Positions 27,620 through 39,300 of a DNA stretch of 60,328 bases are shown here, piece after piece. The position numbers and the translations under genes were made by a program. The stretch spans positions 1 to 60,328 of the forward strand of contig JAQBYT010000022.1 of assembly GCA_027622665.1 (NCBI GenBank), written 5' to 3'. Positions within the stretch are counted from its first letter, which is position 1, and every line of letters begins with the position of its first letter. Source of the DNA: Verrucomicrobiota bacterium (GTDB lineage Bacteria; Verrucomicrobiota; Verrucomicrobiia; Opitutales; Seribacteraceae). The notes beneath the pieces are model-generated. The model saw only the letters and a list, made by a program, of their open reading frames with translations. It was not told the origin of the DNA and did no database searches.

Positions 27620-28954
27620 ATGGACTTGACCACCGACCCGATTCCCAACCTCGTCCGGAAAATCGCCGTACCTGCGAGCATTGGTTTCTTTTTCAATACC
27701 ATGTACAATGTGGTCGATACCTATTTCGCCGGTTTTATTTCGACCGAGGCTTTGGCGGCATTGTCGATCTCCTTTCCCGTGTTCTTCATAATTATCTCGA
27801 TGGGCACGGGAATATCCCAAGGTGGCACGGCCCTGATCGCCAACGCCCTCGGCGAAAAGGATAGCGATAAGGCTCATCACATCTGCGTGCAGTGCCTGTC
27901 TTTCGGCATCCTTTTCGCTATCGGTCTGACCATTTTCGGCTTTGCCTTTGCACCGTTCTTATTCGGGGTGCTTGGAGCGACGGGGGATTACCTCGAGCTG
28001 GCTCTGGATTACATGAACGTCATTCTTGCGGGGACCGTGTTCTTTGTTCTGCAATCGGTTCTGAACGCCTCGCTCAATTCTCAAGGAGACACCAAAAGCT
28101 ACCGAAACGTGTTGATCGCCGGTTTCTTCTTGAATTGCTTGCTCGATCCTTGGTTCATGTTCGGTGGTTTTGGAATTCCCGCTCTCGGGATTCGTGGTGT
28201 CGCCTTGGCGACGGTCTTTATCCAGATTTTGGGAACGGTCTACCTGTTTCGCAAGTTGGCGGATACCAAGCTCTGGGAGGGACCCATCCTGTCGGAGCTT
28301 CTTCCTTCCTCGAGTTACAAGGAAATCGCCCGACAGGGAATCCCCGCCAGTCTGAACATGGTGACGGTGGCCATCGGTATTTTTGTCATCACCTTCTTCA
28401 TTAGCCAATTCAGCACTGCGGGAGTTGCCGCTTACGGAATTGCGACGCGAATCGAGCAAATCGTGCTGCTACCAACCATCGGTCTGAACATCGCCGTTCT
28501 TTCGCTAACCGGTCAAAATAACGGGGCAAAGAAGTTCGATCGGGTCCGTGAAACTTGGAACACCACCATGAAATACGGTCTGACTATGATGTTTGTAGGC
28601 GGTTTCTTCATCTTCTTTCTTCCCAAGCCATTGATGACTTTCTTTACCGATGATCCAGTGGTGGTCGGGCATGGGGTGGCCTACCTTCGAATAGCGGCCA
28701 TCACCCTTTGCTCCTACGTCATTTTATTTCAGACGGTTTCCTTGCTCCAAGGTCTTAAAAGGCCCCTTTACGCAATTATCATAGGTGTTTATCGGCAAGT
28801 TTTGGCTCCTGGCATAGTGTTCTATCTCTTGGCTTTTCACTTCGACTTTAAGGAATACGGAATTTGGTGGGGCATCTTTCTTATTACGTGGAGTGCCGCA
28901 ATAATCACCTTTTTCTATGGGAGGCGTGTTTTGAATCGTATTACCTCGGGCTAA
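27620..28954 (+). CDS. MATE family efflux transporter
   Basis: MYNVVDTYF, LNCLLDPWF and VAAYGIATRIE; 12-TM pattern. Confidence 0.93.
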   Translation: MDLTTDPIPNLVRKIAVPASIGFFFNTMYNVVDTYFAGFISTEALAALSISFPVFFIIISMGTGISQGGTALIANALGEKDSDKAHHICVQCLSFGILFAIGLTIFGFAFAPFLFGVLGATGDYLELALDYMNVILAGTVFFVLQSVLNASLNSQGDTKSYRNVLIAGFFLNCLLDPWFMFGGFGIPALGIRGVALATVFIQILGTVYLFRKLADTKLWEGPILSELLPSSSYKEIARQGIPASLNMVTVAIGIFVITFFISQFSTAGVAAYGIATRIEQIVLLPTIGLNIAVLSLTGQNNGAKKFDRVRETWNTTMKYGLTMMFVGGFFIFFLPKPLMTFFTDDPVVVGHGVAYLRIAAITLCSYVILFQTVSLLQGLKRPLYAIIIGVYRQVLAPGIVFYLLAFHFDFKEYGIWWGIFLITWSAAIITFFYGRRVLNRITSG

Positions 28955-29036
28955 GGTGACGCTCGATATGAATTTTAGCTGACCATCCAATTCCTACCTT
29001 GCGGCCGGGGCTTTTTTATCAAAGCTACGCGAGATC

Positions 29037-31568
29037 GTGGAGTTTGCAGGAGATATAAAATGCGCTGGGGTTGTTATGGGCCTGTTCTTTCTCGTTTTTT
29101 CGGTGGCGGCGGCGGAACCAGTGGAGGAAATTCAGGAGGCATGGGGGAAAGGCGACTACGCGGTAGTTGTGACGAAGACAGCCGAGGCCATAAAGGAGAA
29201 TGAATGGAAGGAGGATTTGTGGATCCTGCAGATACGCGGATTGATGGCTCAAGGAAAATACGAAGATGCCTTGAAGACTACCAGTGCGGCCATTGAAAAG
29301 GTCTCCCGAGGCGTCCGCGTACGGTTGTTGGCGGAAGAGGTGTTTCGCTACAATGGCGATTCCAAACGGGCCGATGCCGTCTTGGTGGACATCAACCAAT
29401 TGGCGGGTTCGAGGGCGTGGGCCTATCGCAACGCACCCGACTTGGTAGCCTTGGGGCGAACCGCCCTCAAGCTGGGTGGCGAGGCAAAGCTGGTGCTGGA
29501 CAACCTCTACTCGGGAGCTCGGGAAAGGGACGCCGATTACGTGGGTGTCCCCCTTGCTATTGGTGAACTGGCCTTGTCGAAGAGTGATTTTGCCTTGGCG
29601 GGGCGAACCTTTCAACTGGCTCTCAAAAAACATCCTGAGAATGCCGAGCTGCATTTCGGGGCTGCCCGGGCTTTCGCCCCGTCGGATAGGATGGCGATGT
29701 TGGAATACCTGCAGGCGACTTTATCCATAAACCCGAATCACGCTGCCTCCCTCATCCTGTTGGCCAATCACCTGATCGACGTGGAGGCCTACGCGGAGGC
29801 CGAGGAGCAATTGTCCAAGGCTTTGGAGGTGAATCCCCGGCATCCCGAGGCGTGGGCCTACCGTAGCATCATCGCCCATCTGCTCGAGGATAAGGAGGCC
29901 GAAAAGGCCGCCCGCGAAAAGGCTCTCGCTCACTGGAAGGACAATCCTATGGTGGACTACTTGATCGGGCGGAAGCTTTCGCAGAGGTACCGTTTTGCGG
30001 AAGGTGCGGAACACCAGCGCCTAGCGCTGGCCTTCGACGGTGATTTCCACCCCTCCAAGATTCAGCTCGCTCAGGATTTGCTGCGCCTCGGTCGGGACGA
30101 TGAAGGCTGGAAACTGACTGAAGAAGCCCACGAGGCCGACGGCTACGACGTGACCACCTTCAATCTGGTGAATCTCAAGGACACGCTCGACAAATTCGAT
30201 ACCTTGAAGACTGACAAGTTCGTCCTCCGTATGGCTCGACACGAGGCTGCCGTCTATGGTGCCCGGGCTCTGCGTTTGCTGAATCGTGCCCACAAGACTT
30301 TGACTGAGAAATATGGGATCAAACTGGAAAGGCCAACCGTGGTGGAGATTTTCGACAAGCAAAAGGATTTTGGCGTCCGTACCTTTGGGATGCCTGAGAA
30401 CCCGGGCTTTCTCGGGGTCTGCTTCGGGTGCGTCATCACGGCCAACAGTCCTGCCACGCAAATGCCGTTCCCGGCTAATTGGGAAGCCGTGCTCTGGCAT
30501 GAATTCTGCCACACCGTGACGCTTACCCTGACGAAGAATAAAATGCCCCGTTGGCTGAGCGAGGGTATCAGCGTGTACGAGGAACGCCAAGCCAGTCCCA
30601 CTTGGGGGCAGCGCATGAACCCGGATTTTCGGGAGATGATCCTGATGGGAGGACTTACCCCGGTCGGCAAGCTCAGCGGAGCCTTTCTCTCTCCACCCAC
30701 GCCCGAGCATTTGCAGTTTGCGTATTACCAGTCATCGCTCGTGGTGGAACACATCGTGGAGCGGTTCGGGCACGAGGCGATTCGAGCTATCTTGGAGAAG
30801 CTCGCTCAAGGGGTGAAGATCAACGTGGCCATCGCTCAGGCGGTCGAACCGATCGAGGAACTGGAGGTGGCGTTCGCTACCTATGCCCGCACTCGAGCGG
30901 AGGCGCTCGGCCCCAAACTGGACTGGAGCAAGCCCGTGCCTGATGATCGCAAGGACGATCGGAACGGAACGGCAAAGGAGCTCCCCAACTTTTACACACT
31001 AAGCAGAGAGGCTCAACGTCTTGCCAAGGATCGCAAGTGGGAAGAGCTCAAGGCACCCTGTCGTGAACTGATCAAGCTTTTCCCTGAGCACAACGAAAGG
31101 GGAGGCAACCCCTATGTCTTGTTGGCGAAGGCTCATCGCGAGCTGAATGAATTCAGCGAGGAAAGAAAAACCCTGGAAACCTTGGCGGGGATAAGTGGGG
31201 ATGCCTACGAGGCCTTTATTCGCCTCATCGAGCTTGGAGGAGAGGTGAGGGACTGGGAAGCCGTGCAGCGAAACGCCGAGCGCGCCCTTGCTGTGAACCC
31301 GCTCCTGCCGCGACCTCACCGACAACTTGCTCTTGCCGCCGAGGCCAAGGAACAGGCTGAACCCGCGATCGAGTCTTGGCGCACCTTGCTGGCATTGGAA
31401 CCGGAAGATCCCGCCGAGGCCCACTTCCACTTGGCCCGCTTGCTTCGGGGGCACGAGAAAACGGAGGCCAAGCGACAGCTGCTTATGGCCTTGGAGGAAG
31501 CCCCCCGCTTTCGCGAGGCGCATCGACTGCTGCTTGACTGGAACAATGAAAAGCAAGAAGAGGAGTAA
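29037..31568 (+). CDS. TPR-repeat protein with a peptidase-MA-like zincin domain
   Basis: Multiple TPRs; VLWHEFCH (HExxH) followed by PRWLSEGISVYEE. Alternative start ATG at 29076. Confidence 0.85.
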   Translation: MEFAGDIKCAGVVMGLFFLVFSVAAAEPVEEIQEAWGKGDYAVVVTKTAEAIKENEWKEDLWILQIRGLMAQGKYEDALKTTSAAIEKVSRGVRVRLLAEEVFRYNGDSKRADAVLVDINQLAGSRAWAYRNAPDLVALGRTALKLGGEAKLVLDNLYSGARERDADYVGVPLAIGELALSKSDFALAGRTFQLALKKHPENAELHFGAARAFAPSDRMAMLEYLQATLSINPNHAASLILLANHLIDVEAYAEAEEQLSKALEVNPRHPEAWAYRSIIAHLLEDKEAEKAAREKALAHWKDNPMVDYLIGRKLSQRYRFAEGAEHQRLALAFDGDFHPSKIQLAQDLLRLGRDDEGWKLTEEAHEADGYDVTTFNLVNLKDTLDKFDTLKTDKFVLRMARHEAAVYGARALRLLNRAHKTLTEKYGIKLERPTVVEIFDKQKDFGVRTFGMPENPGFLGVCFGCVITANSPATQMPFPANWEAVLWHEFCHTVTLTLTKNKMPRWLSEGISVYEERQASPTWGQRMNPDFREMILMGGLTPVGKLSGAFLSPPTPEHLQFAYYQSSLVVEHIVERFGHEAIRAILEKLAQGVKINVAIAQAVEPIEELEVAFATYARTRAEALGPKLDWSKPVPDDRKDDRNGTAKELPNFYTLSREAQRLAKDRKWEELKAPCRELIKLFPEHNERGGNPYVLLAKAHRELNEFSEERKTLETLAGISGDAYEAFIRLIELGGEVRDWEAVQRNAERALAVNPLLPRPHRQLALAAEAKEQAEPAIESWRTLLALEPEDPAEAHFHLARLLRGHEKTEAKRQLLMALEEAPRFREAHRLLLDWNNEKQEEE

Positions 31569-32373
31569 CACTTTGTTTGCCTTGCTCGCGGGGGCGGGAG
31601 TACTTATAGCGGTCGCCGTGCCTTGGGCACAGCGTTCTCCAGTGCCGCCGTCGATAGATCGTCGAGGCGTGCCCGAGTGGGAACTCGACAACGAGATGCC
31701 TCGCGATGTTTTCACCTTCGTGCGGATTCGCTACGGCAGCTACAATGGAAGGGGAGGGAAGTGGGCCACTGATTATCCCGATGCCGAGCTCAACCTGTCT
31801 TACCGCCTGCAGGAAATGACTTCCCTTAAGGTGCATCCTGAGGGCAAGGTGATCGAGTTGACCGATCCGGAACTGTTCGATTACCCGTTCATCTATATCA
31901 TTGAGCCGGGCGACTTGTGGTTTTCCGCAGAGGAGGTGAAAGCCCTCCGTAAATACCTCCTCAATGGTGGCTTTCTACTGGTGGATGATTTCTGGGGAGG
32001 GGATGAGTACGATAACTTCGCGAGTGAGATGAAGCGGGTCTTTCCCGACCGAAAACCCAAGGAATTGCCCCTCGAGCATCCTGTCTTTCACTCCGTTTTC
32101 GATCTCAAGGAAAAACCGCAGCTTCCCAGCATCGGCCAAGCCATGAACGGTTTGAGCTTCGAGTGGCGTCCAGGACCCGACGACGGCAGCGTGGTCCATT
32201 ACAAGGGCATCTTTGACGATAAGGATCGGATGATGGTCATCATTTGCCACAATACCGATCTCGGTGACGGCTGGGAACGTGAGGGGGAGAACCAGTATTA
32301 CTTTCGAAATTTTTCCGAACCGAAAGCCTATCCGATGGGTATCAACATTATCTTCTACGCGATGACGCATTGA
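31546..32373 (+). CDS. DUF4159 domain protein
   Basis: Motifs FTFVRIRY, WATDYPDAE.NL, GGFLLVDDFWG, HNTDLGDGWE and GINIIFYAMTH. Confidence 0.9.
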   Translation: MKSKKRSNTLFALLAGAGVLIAVAVPWAQRSPVPPSIDRRGVPEWELDNEMPRDVFTFVRIRYGSYNGRGGKWATDYPDAELNLSYRLQEMTSLKVHPEGKVIELTDPELFDYPFIYIIEPGDLWFSAEEVKALRKYLLNGGFLLVDDFWGGDEYDNFASEMKRVFPDRKPKELPLEHPVFHSVFDLKEKPQLPSIGQAMNGLSFEWRPGPDDGSVVHYKGIFDDKDRMMVIICHNTDLGDGWEREGENQYYFRNFSEPKAYPMGINIIFYAMTH

Positions 32374-33374
32374 TGAAAACCAAGACCACCACCGAAGCCG
32401 AAACCTTAACGCAGCTCGTCGAAGGCTACCTTCAGATCAGAGCCGAACTGGGCAAGACCATAGTGGGTCAGAGCGAGGTCATCGAGCAGGTTCTAATCGC
32501 TCTCTTCGCGGGGGGGCATTGCCTCATCACGGGAGCACCCGGATTGGCCAAGACCTTGCTCGTTAAATCCATATCGGAAATCCTCGACCTACAATTTTCT
32601 CGAGTGCAGTTCACGCCCGACCTGATGCCGGCGGACATCACGGGAACCGAGGTGCTGAGCGAGACCGAGGAAGGGCGCAAGCTCACCTTTATGCCGGGGC
32701 CTGTCTTCGCCAATATACTTTTGGCCGATGAGATTAATCGCACGCCTCCGAAAACTCAGGCCGCCCTGTTGGAGGCCATGCAGGAGCATCAGGTGACTGC
32801 TGCGGGCCAGCGGCATCCTCTACCCGAACCTTTCTTCGTGCTCGCGACCCAGAACCCGATCGAGATGGAGGGTACCTACCCGTTGCCCGAGGCTCAGCTG
32901 GATCGCTTCATGTTCAACGTGGTCATCGACTACTTGCACGAGGATGATGAGGTGGAGGTGGTTCGCCAAACCACAGCCGAGCCGACAAAGCCGGGTAAGT
33001 CGCTTTTCAACGCCGAGGCCATGTTGCGTTTCATCGCCCTCGTCCGGCAGATGCCGGTGGCCGAAGATATTTCCCGCTATGCGGTGCGCCTCGCGGCCGC
33101 CAGTCGACCCCATCAGGATAGATCGCTCGAGTACATCAACGAGTGGGTGAACTGGGGGGCTGGACTGAGAGCTGCTCAGTTCCTTGTGCTTGGGGCCAAG
33201 GCGCGAGCCCTTCTGCTAGGTAATACCCACGTTACCGTAGAGGATGTCCAAGCCCTCGCCCGACCTGTTCTCCGTCACCGTATCTTGGTCAATTACCGGG
33301 CGGAAGCCGAAGGCATCACTACCGAAAAGGTAATCGAGTATCTGCTGGAGAGCATCTCTCCCGTAATCAAATAA
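32373..33374 (+). CDS. moxR: MoxR family AAA+ ATPase
   Basis: Motifs GAPGLAKT, RVQFTPDLMPADITG, LADEINRTPPKTQ and ATQNPIEMEGTYPLPEAQLDRF. Confidence 0.95.
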   Translation: MKTKTTTEAETLTQLVEGYLQIRAELGKTIVGQSEVIEQVLIALFAGGHCLITGAPGLAKTLLVKSISEILDLQFSRVQFTPDLMPADITGTEVLSETEEGRKLTFMPGPVFANILLADEINRTPPKTQAALLEAMQEHQVTAAGQRHPLPEPFFVLATQNPIEMEGTYPLPEAQLDRFMFNVVIDYLHEDDEVEVVRQTTAEPTKPGKSLFNAEAMLRFIALVRQMPVAEDISRYAVRLAAASRPHQDRSLEYINEWVNWGAGLRAAQFLVLGAKARALLLGNTHVTVEDVQALARPVLRHRILVNYRAEAEGITTEKVIEYLLESISPVIK

Positions 33375-34315
33375 TGCCTCCATCGGTCCAGTCTTCGCCT
33401 AGGCGCGCCGAATTTATCGATACGCGCACCCTCATGCAGATTCGCAGCTTGGAATTGCGTGCTCAAGTGGTCGTGCAGGGCTTCCTTAAGGGGATTCATC
33501 GCAGTCCCTATCACGGGTTTTCCGCGGAGTTCACAGAGTATCGCCAGTATGTGCCCGGCGACGATACGCGCTACCTCGATTGGCGTTTGCTCGCCCGTAG
33601 CGATCGGACGTACATCAAGAAGTTCGAGGACGAGACGAACCTACGCTGTCATCTGTTGCTCGACCAAAGCCGCTCAATGACCTTTGGATCGCTCGACTGG
33701 ACGAAGGCCGATTACGCTCACACCCTCGCCGCCACTTTGGCCTACTTCCTCTTCCAGCAGGGAGACGCCGTGGGCTTGCTTAGTTTCGACGAGAATATTC
33801 GAGATTACCTGCCTGCCCGCAATCGACCGGGCCACTTGCGGCAACTCATGCTTTCGCTGGAGAAGCCTGCGGGGGGGAAGTCGACCGATCTGTTCAAGCC
33901 GCTTCGCCGGATCGTCGAGTTGGTCAACAAGCGAGGTTTGATGGTGCTCGTCTCCGACCTGCTTACTCCACTTGAAGAATTGGAACGGCAACTCGGCCAG
34001 CTGACCGCGACCGGGCACGAGGTCGTCGTCTTTCAAGTGCTGGACCCCCGGGAGGTAGATTTCGATTTCAACGAGGCCCTTCTCTTTCATGATGCCGAAA
34101 CGGAGGCGGATTTCTTTATTGATCCCGTTGCCGCCCGCCGCAAGTACCTCGGCAGGTTTGAGGAGCACGGTGGTTCCTTGCGCTCCATCTGCAACAAGCT
34201 CGGGGCGGAATTTCTATCCGTCACCACCGATCAACCGCTCGATCGTGTGTTGTCCGACTTCCTTCGACAGCGTCGGCGTCGAGGCAAGAGCATCCGCCGC
34301 CACGCGAACCGATGA
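33374..34315 (+). CDS. DUF58 protein
   Basis: GIHRSP.HGFSAEF.EYR.Y.PGDD.RYLDW and DQSRSM. Confidence 0.93.
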   Translation: MPPSVQSSPRRAEFIDTRTLMQIRSLELRAQVVVQGFLKGIHRSPYHGFSAEFTEYRQYVPGDDTRYLDWRLLARSDRTYIKKFEDETNLRCHLLLDQSRSMTFGSLDWTKADYAHTLAATLAYFLFQQGDAVGLLSFDENIRDYLPARNRPGHLRQLMLSLEKPAGGKSTDLFKPLRRIVELVNKRGLMVLVSDLLTPLEELERQLGQLTATGHEVVVFQVLDPREVDFDFNEALLFHDAETEADFFIDPVAARRKYLGRFEEHGGSLRSICNKLGAEFLSVTTDQPLDRVLSDFLRQRRRRGKSIRRHANR

Positions 34316-36393
34316 GCTTTCTCACGCCATTGTTCCTCCTGGGCGGTCTAGCCATCGCGGGCCCCATCCTCTTTCACCTCATAAGGCGTAATACGCGCGA
34401 ACGCTTCACCTTCAGTTCGCTCATGTTTCTCCGTCCCGAACCGCCCCGGTTAACCCGCAAGAGTCGGCTCGATGACATCCTCCTCCTGTTGGCCCGCTGC
34501 GCTCTGCTGGCTTTATTGGCCTTCTCTTTCGCCAGACCATTCTTCAAGGAACTAGTTAGTCCCGACCAAAATCCCAATGCCAGCCGGCGGACTGTCCTGT
34601 TAGTCGACGTCAGTGCAAGCATGCAGCGAGCCGGGCTTTGGGACAAGGCTATGGCCAAGGCCGAGATCGTGATCGAGAAAACGAAATCGGATGGCAGTCT
34701 CGCCATCTTGGCTTTCGGCGATGAGACAAAGGCCTTGCTACGCTTCGATCAATGGAACGATCTGCCCGAGGAAAAACGACCGGCCGTCGCTCGGGAAACC
34801 TTGGGTAAACTCCAGCCCGGATGGGGTGGCACGCACTTGGGCAACGCCATCCTCACGGCGGCCGAGTTACTCGATGAAACCGATTCCGCGGCTCGGAAGC
34901 GGATCGTAGTTCTGAGCGATCGGCAGGGAGGGAGTCGACTGGATGGCCTGCAAGGTCACGAATGGTCAGAGGGTATGGAGCTCACCATGGAACGGTTGTC
35001 ACCGGACATTGCCGGCAACGCGGGTCTTCACCTCGCTCCCGCCCGGGAATCGGACGACGGTGATGCGCCCCTGCACGTTCGTGTCGTGAACAGCGAGGAT
35101 GCCACGCAGGAGAAATTTAGCTTGGCTTGGGTCAAGCCGGACGATTCCAACGTGACCGGAGTCACCCACCTGTACCTACCTGCCGGCCAAAGTCGCTCGG
35201 TGAAGGCTCCGCGCCGACCCTTCGGCGAGGACTGGCGTCTTGCCCTGCTCGGTGACGGCGAATCCTTCGATAATCAACTTTTTATCGTCCCGGAAACGCC
35301 CGAGCCCATCCGCATTCACTATGTCGGCAACGAGAAGCCCGATGACGTCGAGCACATGCGTTTCTACCTTGAGCGGGCTTTCTCCAATACGCGCCTGCAG
35401 CACGTCGAGGTGCTTGCCCATGCCCCCGATGCCTTGGCGGGTAAATTGATTCATCCCGATGATCGTCTGCTCATCGTGACCGAGGCTTTGCCGGAACCCG
35501 TGATCGAGGAAGCCCGTTCCTTCTGCGAGTCCGGTCATCCCGTGCTGTTGGTGTTGAAGGACGACGGTCTCGCTCCCACCTTGGCCGCCCTTGCGGCATC
35601 AGATCCTGTGCCGGTGACCGAGGCCAAGGTAAACGAGTACGCCTTACTTACGCGTCTGGATTTCGAGCACCCTTTGCTGGCGCCCTTCAGCGAGCCTCGC
35701 TTCAGCGATTTTACGAAAATCCATTTTTGGAAGCATCGGACAATCGATTCCGGACGCCTAGCCGGTTCCCGTGTCCCGGTTCGTTTTGACGATGATTCGC
35801 CGGCTCTCATAGACTTGCCCGTTGGCCGTGGTCATCTTCTTGTCCTGACCAGTGGGTGGCATCCCTCCGACAGTCAGCTCGCCCTTGCCAGCAAGTTCGT
35901 GCCGTTGCTTTACTCCATGATGGACATGGGGCGAATCTCCACCCCGTTCAAGGCTGCTAACCTTGTGGGGCGTCCCATCACCCTGCCTCCCGAAAATACT
36001 GCGATCCGTGAAGTGGAGGGTCCCGCAGGCACCATCCGGTTGCCCGGGGAGGACGATGCGTTTTTTGCTGACCAGCCGGGCCTCTACTCTATCAAGGGCA
36101 CTCGAAACGCCACCTTTGCGGTAAATCTTCCACCTGCGGAAAGCCACACCGATCCCATCCCCGAGGAGCGACTCGAAGGGCTGGAGCTCCCCCTTGCCTC
36201 GACAGACGTGGCGCCAGCGGCACTTTCCCAAAACCGACGGCAAGCCTTGCTGGACGAGGAACTCGAGAAACGTCAAGAAATGTGGCGTTGGTTCATCGTC
36301 GGGGCGATTCTGCTGGCAATATTGGAAACTTGGCTGGGTGGACGTACCTGGCGTCGACCGGCCCTTGTGGCCCAAACGGAGGAAGCGGCATGA
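34312..36393 (+). CDS. BatA-N + vWA domain membrane protein
   Basis: MSFLTP...PILFHL...FSSLMFL (BatA-N); MIDAS motif DVSASM; C-terminal TM segment. Confidence 0.88.
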   Translation: MSFLTPLFLLGGLAIAGPILFHLIRRNTRERFTFSSLMFLRPEPPRLTRKSRLDDILLLLARCALLALLAFSFARPFFKELVSPDQNPNASRRTVLLVDVSASMQRAGLWDKAMAKAEIVIEKTKSDGSLAILAFGDETKALLRFDQWNDLPEEKRPAVARETLGKLQPGWGGTHLGNAILTAAELLDETDSAARKRIVVLSDRQGGSRLDGLQGHEWSEGMELTMERLSPDIAGNAGLHLAPARESDDGDAPLHVRVVNSEDATQEKFSLAWVKPDDSNVTGVTHLYLPAGQSRSVKAPRRPFGEDWRLALLGDGESFDNQLFIVPETPEPIRIHYVGNEKPDDVEHMRFYLERAFSNTRLQHVEVLAHAPDALAGKLIHPDDRLLIVTEALPEPVIEEARSFCESGHPVLLVLKDDGLAPTLAALAASDPVPVTEAKVNEYALLTRLDFEHPLLAPFSEPRFSDFTKIHFWKHRTIDSGRLAGSRVPVRFDDDSPALIDLPVGRGHLLVLTSGWHPSDSQLALASKFVPLLYSMMDMGRISTPFKAANLVGRPITLPPENTAIREVEGPAGTIRLPGEDDAFFADQPGLYSIKGTRNATFAVNLPPAESHTDPIPEERLEGLELPLASTDVAPAALSQNRRQALLDEELEKRQEMWRWFIVGAILLAILETWLGGRTWRRPALVAQTEEAA

Positions 36394-39300
36394 CAAGACT
36401 GAGACCTTATCTAAAACCCGTGGTTCAACGGCAATACCTTTGGCGGAAGTGGCGCATGATGGCCGTCTGGTGGGGACTGATGGCGGCGGTCGCTTGCCTA
36501 GTTGTCGGGCTTTCCGCAAGCGGAGCCCTCTTGCCCGACCACACGGTGGGCTGGATCGTCTTCATCCTGATCACGGGGACAATTGGAGCACTACTTGTCA
36601 ATCGCCGCCAATCCGAGGTGGACTACCGGCAAGTCGCCCGTGACATCGAGGAGAAGCATCCCGAACTGCATGCCGCGCTCCTCACGGCCGTCGAGCAGAA
36701 ACCCGACCCGAAGACGGGCAAGTTTCACTTCCTGCAGGAACGAGTGATCGACAAGGCGGCAGACGCCTTTGTCGAGACAGGCTTCGCCAAGACCGTTCCA
36801 ACCAAGGAACTTAGTGTACTGCGGTCCTGTTCATGGGTTTTCCTCATGATATTCTGCATCGTCCTCAGCCAAGTCGATCAGCCCACTCTTTCAGGTTTGT
36901 CGGCAGCTCAGGCAAAGGAAGAGGCAAAACCGGTCGGCGATAAGCTTGCTCGGCTCGACAAGGTGGATCCGGGCGATGCCGAGGTTGAGCGCGGTAGTCC
37001 GCTGGCGGTGCTGGCCCATTTCAGCGAGGGTTTCCCCGGCAAGGCCGCCCTTGTGGTCACTCCTCGGGATGGCGAGGTTCGCCGCCTGATGTTGGTCAAG
37101 AACCTCGAGGATCCTATCTACGGGGCCACCCTCCCGAGCGTGGATGGGCCATTTGCCTATCAGGTCGAGTACGATGGACAGAGGTCGGAGGTTTTCTCAG
37201 TCAACGTATTCGAGTATCCCGAGCTCGAGCGGGCAGACGCCACGCTGAGCTATCCCGCGTACACCGGAATTCCCGAACGAACGGTCGAGGACACCCGGCG
37301 CCTGAGCGTCGTGGAGGGCACCCGACTCACCTATCGGTTCCATCTCAACAAACCGGTGGCGGCGGCTCGTCTGGTGGGAGAAAACAACGAGAGCGTCGAG
37401 CTTGATGCCCACCCCGAGCAACCGCTTGCCGAACTGCCCCCATTGATCCTCACCAAGACGATGAAGTGGAAATTGGAGCTTGTCGATGCCGCCGGTCGAA
37501 CCAATAAGATTTCCCCCCGCATCGAGGTCGTGGTCTACCCCAACAAGGGACCGAAGATTCGTATCGTCAGTCCGGGCGGTGACCAGCAGGTGTCGCCCTT
37601 GGAGGAAATTACTTTCACCGCGGAGATCGAGGATGACTTCGGCCTGCTCCGTCATGGTTTGTCCTACAACCTCGATGGTGGCGCCGTGGAGGAATTCGAA
37701 TTGGGCGAGGTCGCCTCCGGTCAACTCAAGTCGCTTGCCTCGCATCTGCTCGCTCTCGAGGAGATGAAAGTGGAAGCCGGACAACTGGTCAGCTGGTTCT
37801 TCTGGGCCGAGGACACGGGCCCAGACGGTAAACCCCGTCGCTCCTTCAGCGATATGTTCTTCGCCGAGGTGCGACCCTTCGAGGAAATCTTTCGACAGGG
37901 CCAAGGGGGGGAGAGCTCCGAGGAAGAAAAGGAACAGCAGCAAGGGCTCAGTCAGCAGGTGGAGAAACGGATCAAGCTGCAGAAGCAAATCATCAACGCC
38001 ACCTGGAAACTCCATCGCCGACCCAGTGGCTTGGAGCAGGATGCGCCCGTTCTCGTCGAGAGCCAGTATCAGGCGTTTCAGCAGACGACGGAACTGCTTG
38101 AGGAGGCCGAAAGCGAAAAGGCCAAGGATTTTCTTCAGGATGCCGCCGACCATATGGAGAAGGCGGTCGCCCACCTCACCGAGTCGACCGAGGACGTTGA
38201 GAAACTGATGCCGGCCTTGGCCTCTGAGCAGGGCGCCTACCAAGCCTTGTTGCGTTTGCTTGCCCACGAGTTCGAGGTCAACCGCAGCCAGAGTAAAAGC
38301 CAGTCCAAACCCCAACCCCGTAGTGAACGGTCGCAGAGCCAGTTGGACGAACTGGACCTGCGTGAGCAAGAGGATCGCTATGAAACCGAGAGCCAAGCCC
38401 AACGCCTGCAGAATGCCGAGGAACGCGAACAGTTGCAGGTGTTGAGTCGTCTCAAGGAACTGGCCCAACGACAGGATGACCTGAACAAGAAGCTCAAGGA
38501 AGTGGAGAACGCCTTGCGGGCTGCCGAGGATCCGCTCACGGAAGAGGATCTCCGGCGCGAGCTCAAGCACCTGCGCGAGGAGCAGCGCCGAAACATTGCA
38601 GATCTCGATGAGCTCAACCAGCGTATGGAGAAGCCCGAAAATCGATCGGAGATGGCTCAGGAGCGAAGACAGGTCGAGCAAACGCGCCAAGAAATGAACA
38701 AGGCTTCCGAGCAATTGCAGAAAGGTCAGCTTTCCCAAGCCATCGCCTCGGGCACTCGAGCCCAGAAGGATCTACAGGAGATGCGGGATGAGTTGCGCGA
38801 GAAGACTTCAAACCAATTTGCCGAGCAAATGCGCGACATGCGTCGGGAGGCTCGGGAGCTTTCTCAGCGTCAGCAGGAGATCGGGGAGCAACTTGCCAAA
38901 GTGGACAAGGGTAAGGAAAAGCGCCGTTCCCTGACCGACGATGCGCCGGACGACAAAAAGGAAATCGCCGAACAATTCGACCAACAAAAGGAAAAGCTCG
39001 AGGGCCTGCTCGAGGAGGTCAAGGAGGTGGTCGAAAAATCCGAATTGTCCGAACCGCTCCTCAACCGGAAACTACATCAATCCTTTCGACAAGCTCATCA
39101 GGACCAAACGAAAAAATCGCTTGATGCCGCATCAACCTTGCTTCGCGAGGAGGAAGATGCCTTGAGGGATTACTCCTTTCTTCGCTCACTTGAGGAAGTG
39201 ATGGAGAATGAGCCCGAGAAGCAAGAACTGGTCGATCGGCTTCGCGAGGGTGATTTTCGCAAGGCGAGCAAGACTCTCGGTGACCGTTCCCAGCGTAAGC